Origin: Candidatus Micrarchaeia archaeon
GTDB taxonomy: Archaea > Micrarchaeota > Micrarchaeia > Norongarragalinales > CAINOH01
Length of the DNA stretch: 28,567 bases
Reading direction: 5' to 3'
Assembly (NCBI GenBank): GCA_041652355.1
Contig: JBAZHM010000001.1
Span: 1-28,567, forward strand
The notes beneath the pieces are model-generated. The model was not told the DNA's origin. It did not search any database and saw nothing but the letters and a program-made list of their open reading frames with translations. The stretch's first letter is position 1; each line of letters begins with the position of its first letter. The position numbers were made by a program, and so were the translations under genes. Of this stretch, positions 25,757 to 28,567 are shown piece by piece.

Positions 25757-26357
25757 CGGACCGCTCATCCCAATAATACCAAACTGCGTAATACGTTGCC
25801 AAAAACACTACGATACTTGCCCTAAATAAGACATCGTGAAGGATATAGGAAGCAAGAGGGAAGGAATAGGAAAAAAAGTACAATACGATGAAAATGCGGA
25901 TTGCATTGAAAAGCAGGATGAACAACGTGCCAAAAAGCACGCCGTAAACCCTGTTGCGGACAGAGCGGTCCTCGGACGCAATCACAAAACCTGCCAGCAG
26001 TGCAATCTCAATTCCCGCAGCGCAGTACTCGCCAACAGTTGCGCTAAAACCGGAAAGAAAAATCACAGGGTCAGGGAAAGTATATTCCACTACTGCGCTT
26101 TTTCCTGCGGCGTTGAGAATCAATGCAGAGGAGCCAGCTGCAAAGGACTTGAGAAAATACGCGTTGGCAAAAAGCAAGTGCCCTGCCAGTGCCACGAGGC
26201 AGAATAAACCGAGGAATTTTAAAGCTTTGAACCCAGAAGATGACTTACCAATATTTCGGTGGAACAGATGCACGGGCGTTTTTTGGTTCTTAGTGGCAAC
26301 GCAAGGCGTACTTGCGTTTTGCCTGTGCTTTGAAGTGCTCCGGTTCTTTGAGGCCAA
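25734..26357 (-). CDS. Archaeosortase/exosortase family protein (207 aa)
   Basis: Multi-pass membrane protein with Cys in TVGEYCAAG, Arg in FNAIRIF and His in ILHDVLF, in the order and membrane spacing of the family's catalytic residues. The TTG start, with AGGTAA upstream, is uncertain. Confidence 0.8.
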   Translation of the reverse strand: MASKNRSTSKHRQNASTPCVATKNQKTPVHLFHRNIGKSSSGFKALKFLGLFCLVALAGHLLFANAYFLKSFAAGSSALILNAAGKSAVVEYTFPDPVIFLSGFSATVGEYCAAGIEIALLAGFVIASEDRSVRNRVYGVLFGTLFILLFNAIRIFIVLYFFSYSFPLASYILHDVLFRASIVVFLATYYAVWYYWDERSDGAKKAT

Positions 26358-26434
26358 AATAATTACCTAGATTGGCTTTAGGGAATCAGGACTGATAAAT
26401 ACTTAGTTAAGAGCAGAGGAGTTGGAGAAAAACC

Positions 26435-28567
26435 ATGGACAACGACAAGGAAGGCAATTCGGCTGCAAAAGTTCAAAACAGCGACGCTACCTCAGGCATC
26501 CTTGAGGAAAAAAAACTCATTGACTTTGCGGCGATTGACTCCAAATGGCAAGCAGAATGGGAAAAAGCAAAGCTTTACGAGTCCAACCCGGACGAGAAAA
26601 AGCAGAAATTCTTCATCACGTTCCCATATCCTTACGTCAACGGCGCTCCGCATGTGGGGCACACGTACTCATTCCTTCGCACTGATTCGGAGGCGCGCTA
26701 CAAAAGGCACAAAGGCTACAACGTGCTCTTCCCCCAGGGGTTCCACGCAACTGGAGAGCCCATCTTTGGCACTCTTGAAAGATTGCAAAAAGGCGACCAG
26801 AACCAGATTGACACTTTCAAAAAATACGGGCTAACTGACGAGCAGATCAAAGATTTTCTCAAGGGCCCGGAGTTTGTCGCCAAGTTTTGGATGGGAAAAT
26901 GGACCGAGCACCTCAAAAAAGCCGGAGCGTCCATTGACTGGCGCCGCTCTTTCATCACAACGCAGATGACTCCCACATATTCGCGCTTTATCGAATGGCA
27001 ATTCAACACGCTGCGCCGCAAGGGTTATGTGGTGCAGGGAACCCACCCGGTGGTTTGGTGCAGCCACGACCAGTCGCCAACAGGAGACCACGACAGGTAC
27101 AAAGGCGAAGGCGAAAGCACGCAGGAATTCTACGTAATAAAATTCACACTAGAGGACGGACGCATAATCGCGCCAGCAACGCTTAGGCCTGAAACGATTT
27201 TCGGAGTCACCTGCATGTTCCTTAATCCCGATTCGACATACTACAACGTCCGAATCGGGGCTGAAACTTGGATTCTTTCTGCGGATGCCGCAAAGAAAAT
27301 CGCAGACCAAAAGCGCGATGTGAAGATTCCAAAGGAAGGGTTTTCGCCAAAGGAATTGTTCGGAAAGAAATGCAAGAACCCTGTCACAGGCACTGAAGTG
27401 GTGATTCTTCCAGCGACTTTTGTCAAGACCGACCACGGAACGGGAATTGTGATGAGCGTGCCGGCACACGCGCCAGCAGACTGGGCAACAGAAGCTGAGC
27501 TGAAGGCAAATCCAAAGATGGTGACAGAATACGGCGTTGATGCTTCTGCTCTTGAAACCCTCAAGCCGGTTGCGGTAATCAAAGTTCCAGGGTACGGCGA
27601 GTTTCCTGCAAAGGACGCGTGCGACAAGTTTGGAATCAAAAGCCAAAATGACGAGAAAAAACTTGAAGATGCAAAGCACGAAATTTACAAAAAGGAGCAC
27701 TACGAGGGCACTATGCTTGCAATTTCAGGAAAGTACGAAAACATGAATGTTGACAACTGCAAGGACCAGCTTGTAAAGGACCTGCGGGCAGAGAAAAAGC
27801 TTGACTCGTTCTGGGAAATTACCGGCGAAGTAATCTGCAGGTGCATGAACAAGTGCCACGTCAAGATTCTGGAAAACCAGTGGTTCCTCAAGTTCTCGGA
27901 CTTGGAATGGAAAGCGGATGTAAAGGAATGCATTGGCGAAATGCGCATGATTCCCGAAGAGGTGCGGCAGCAGTTCCTAAACTGCGTAGACTGGCTTGAG
28001 AACAAAGCGTGCGCCCGCAGGAGCGGCATGGGAACGCCTTTGCCGTGGGACCCAGAATGGAAAGTCGAGACGCTCTCGGACTCGGTCATTTACATGGCAT
28101 ACTACACTATTGCGCGCATCATCAACGAAAAGCACGTTGAAGCCCGCCAGCTTCCTGACGCGGTATTTGACTACATCTTCCTGGGAATTGGAGATCCGAA
28201 AGAGCTCAAGAGCATCACGTCGCTTTCAGACAAGACGATAATGGAAATGCGGCGCGAGTTCCTCTATTACTACCCGCTTGACTTGCGCAACTCCGGGGTG
28301 GACCTGGTGCAGAACCACCTGACGTACATGCTGTTCCACCACACTGCGATTTTTGGAAAGGAACACTGGCCACGTGCAATCAGCGTCAACGGCTACGTAA
28401 ACGTCGAAGGAGAAAAGATGAGCAAGAGCCGCGGAAACATCATCCCCATGTCCGACCTCGTGCAAAAATACGGCGCGGACTTGGTGCGCATCAACATAGT
28501 AGCATCAAGCGAGGGGCTTTCGGATGCCGACTGGAAGACTGACGCAATCAAGTCCTACAGAAGGGCA
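26435..28567 (+). CDS. leuS: Leucine--tRNA ligase, archaeal/eukaryal type (partial; 3' end outside window)
   Basis: Open from ATG 26435 for 711 codons to the window end. FPYPYVNGAPHVGH (HIGH; 26651-26662), DWRRSFITT, GDHDR, CP1 editing motifs ATLRPET and GTGIVMSVPAHAPAD, NHL, and KMSKS (near 28415-28429). Absent from the ORF track. Confidence 0.97.
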   Translation, partial: MDNDKEGNSAAKVQNSDATSGILEEKKLIDFAAIDSKWQAEWEKAKLYESNPDEKKQKFFITFPYPYVNGAPHVGHTYSFLRTDSEARYKRHKGYNVLFPQGFHATGEPIFGTLERLQKGDQNQIDTFKKYGLTDEQIKDFLKGPEFVAKFWMGKWTEHLKKAGASIDWRRSFITTQMTPTYSRFIEWQFNTLRRKGYVVQGTHPVVWCSHDQSPTGDHDRYKGEGESTQEFYVIKFTLEDGRIIAPATLRPETIFGVTCMFLNPDSTYYNVRIGAETWILSADAAKKIADQKRDVKIPKEGFSPKELFGKKCKNPVTGTEVVILPATFVKTDHGTGIVMSVPAHAPADWATEAELKANPKMVTEYGVDASALETLKPVAVIKVPGYGEFPAKDACDKFGIKSQNDEKKLEDAKHEIYKKEHYEGTMLAISGKYENMNVDNCKDQLVKDLRAEKKLDSFWEITGEVICRCMNKCHVKILENQWFLKFSDLEWKADVKECIGEMRMIPEEVRQQFLNCVDWLENKACARRSGMGTPLPWDPEWKVETLSDSVIYMAYYTIARIINEKHVEARQLPDAVFDYIFLGIGDPKELKSITSLSDKTIMEMRREFLYYYPLDLRNSGVDLVQNHLTYMLFHHTAIFGKEHWPRAISVNGYVNVEGEKMSKSRGNIIPMSDLVQKYGADLVRINIVASSEGLSDADWKTDAIKSYRRA

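Noticed and set aside
26502-28465. Short ORFs on both strands (e.g. 27149..27700 minus, 183 aa)
   Set aside because: All overlap leuS, whose HIGH and KMSKS motifs lie in one open frame from 26435.

Overview
Archaeal genomic window. The basis is an archaeal-type LeuRS and TATA-box promoters; a DPANN lineage such as Micrarchaeota/Diapherotrites is an inference only. About 22 kb of the 28.6 kb is a co-directional minus-strand array of four related cell-surface protein genes: giant A (2425 aa), giant B (~2872 aa), a stalk-less ~856-aa relative, and giant C (>1183 aa, runs off the left edge and is missing from the ORF track). Upstream lie an archaeosortase/exosortase-family gene overlapping a 408-412-aa protein with a pilin-like N-terminus, a YdjM-type membrane hydrolase, and a divergent leuS (runs off the right edge, also missing from the ORF track). 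Giants A and B are built as conserved cytoplasmic N-terminal helix / one TM / N-glycosylation-sequon-rich Ig-like stalk / Pro-Thr linker / Cys-rich modules / shared ~370-420-aa domain I do not recognise / Cys-rich tail. The distal halves almost completely lack N-x-S/T sequons. An AAA_14-DUF4143 ATPase gene sits between two diverged ~70-bp copies of the promoter and start of giant C, one of them a dead relic. No rRNA, complete tRNA, CRISPR array, transposase, integrase or reverse transcriptase was seen. All counts were made by hand.
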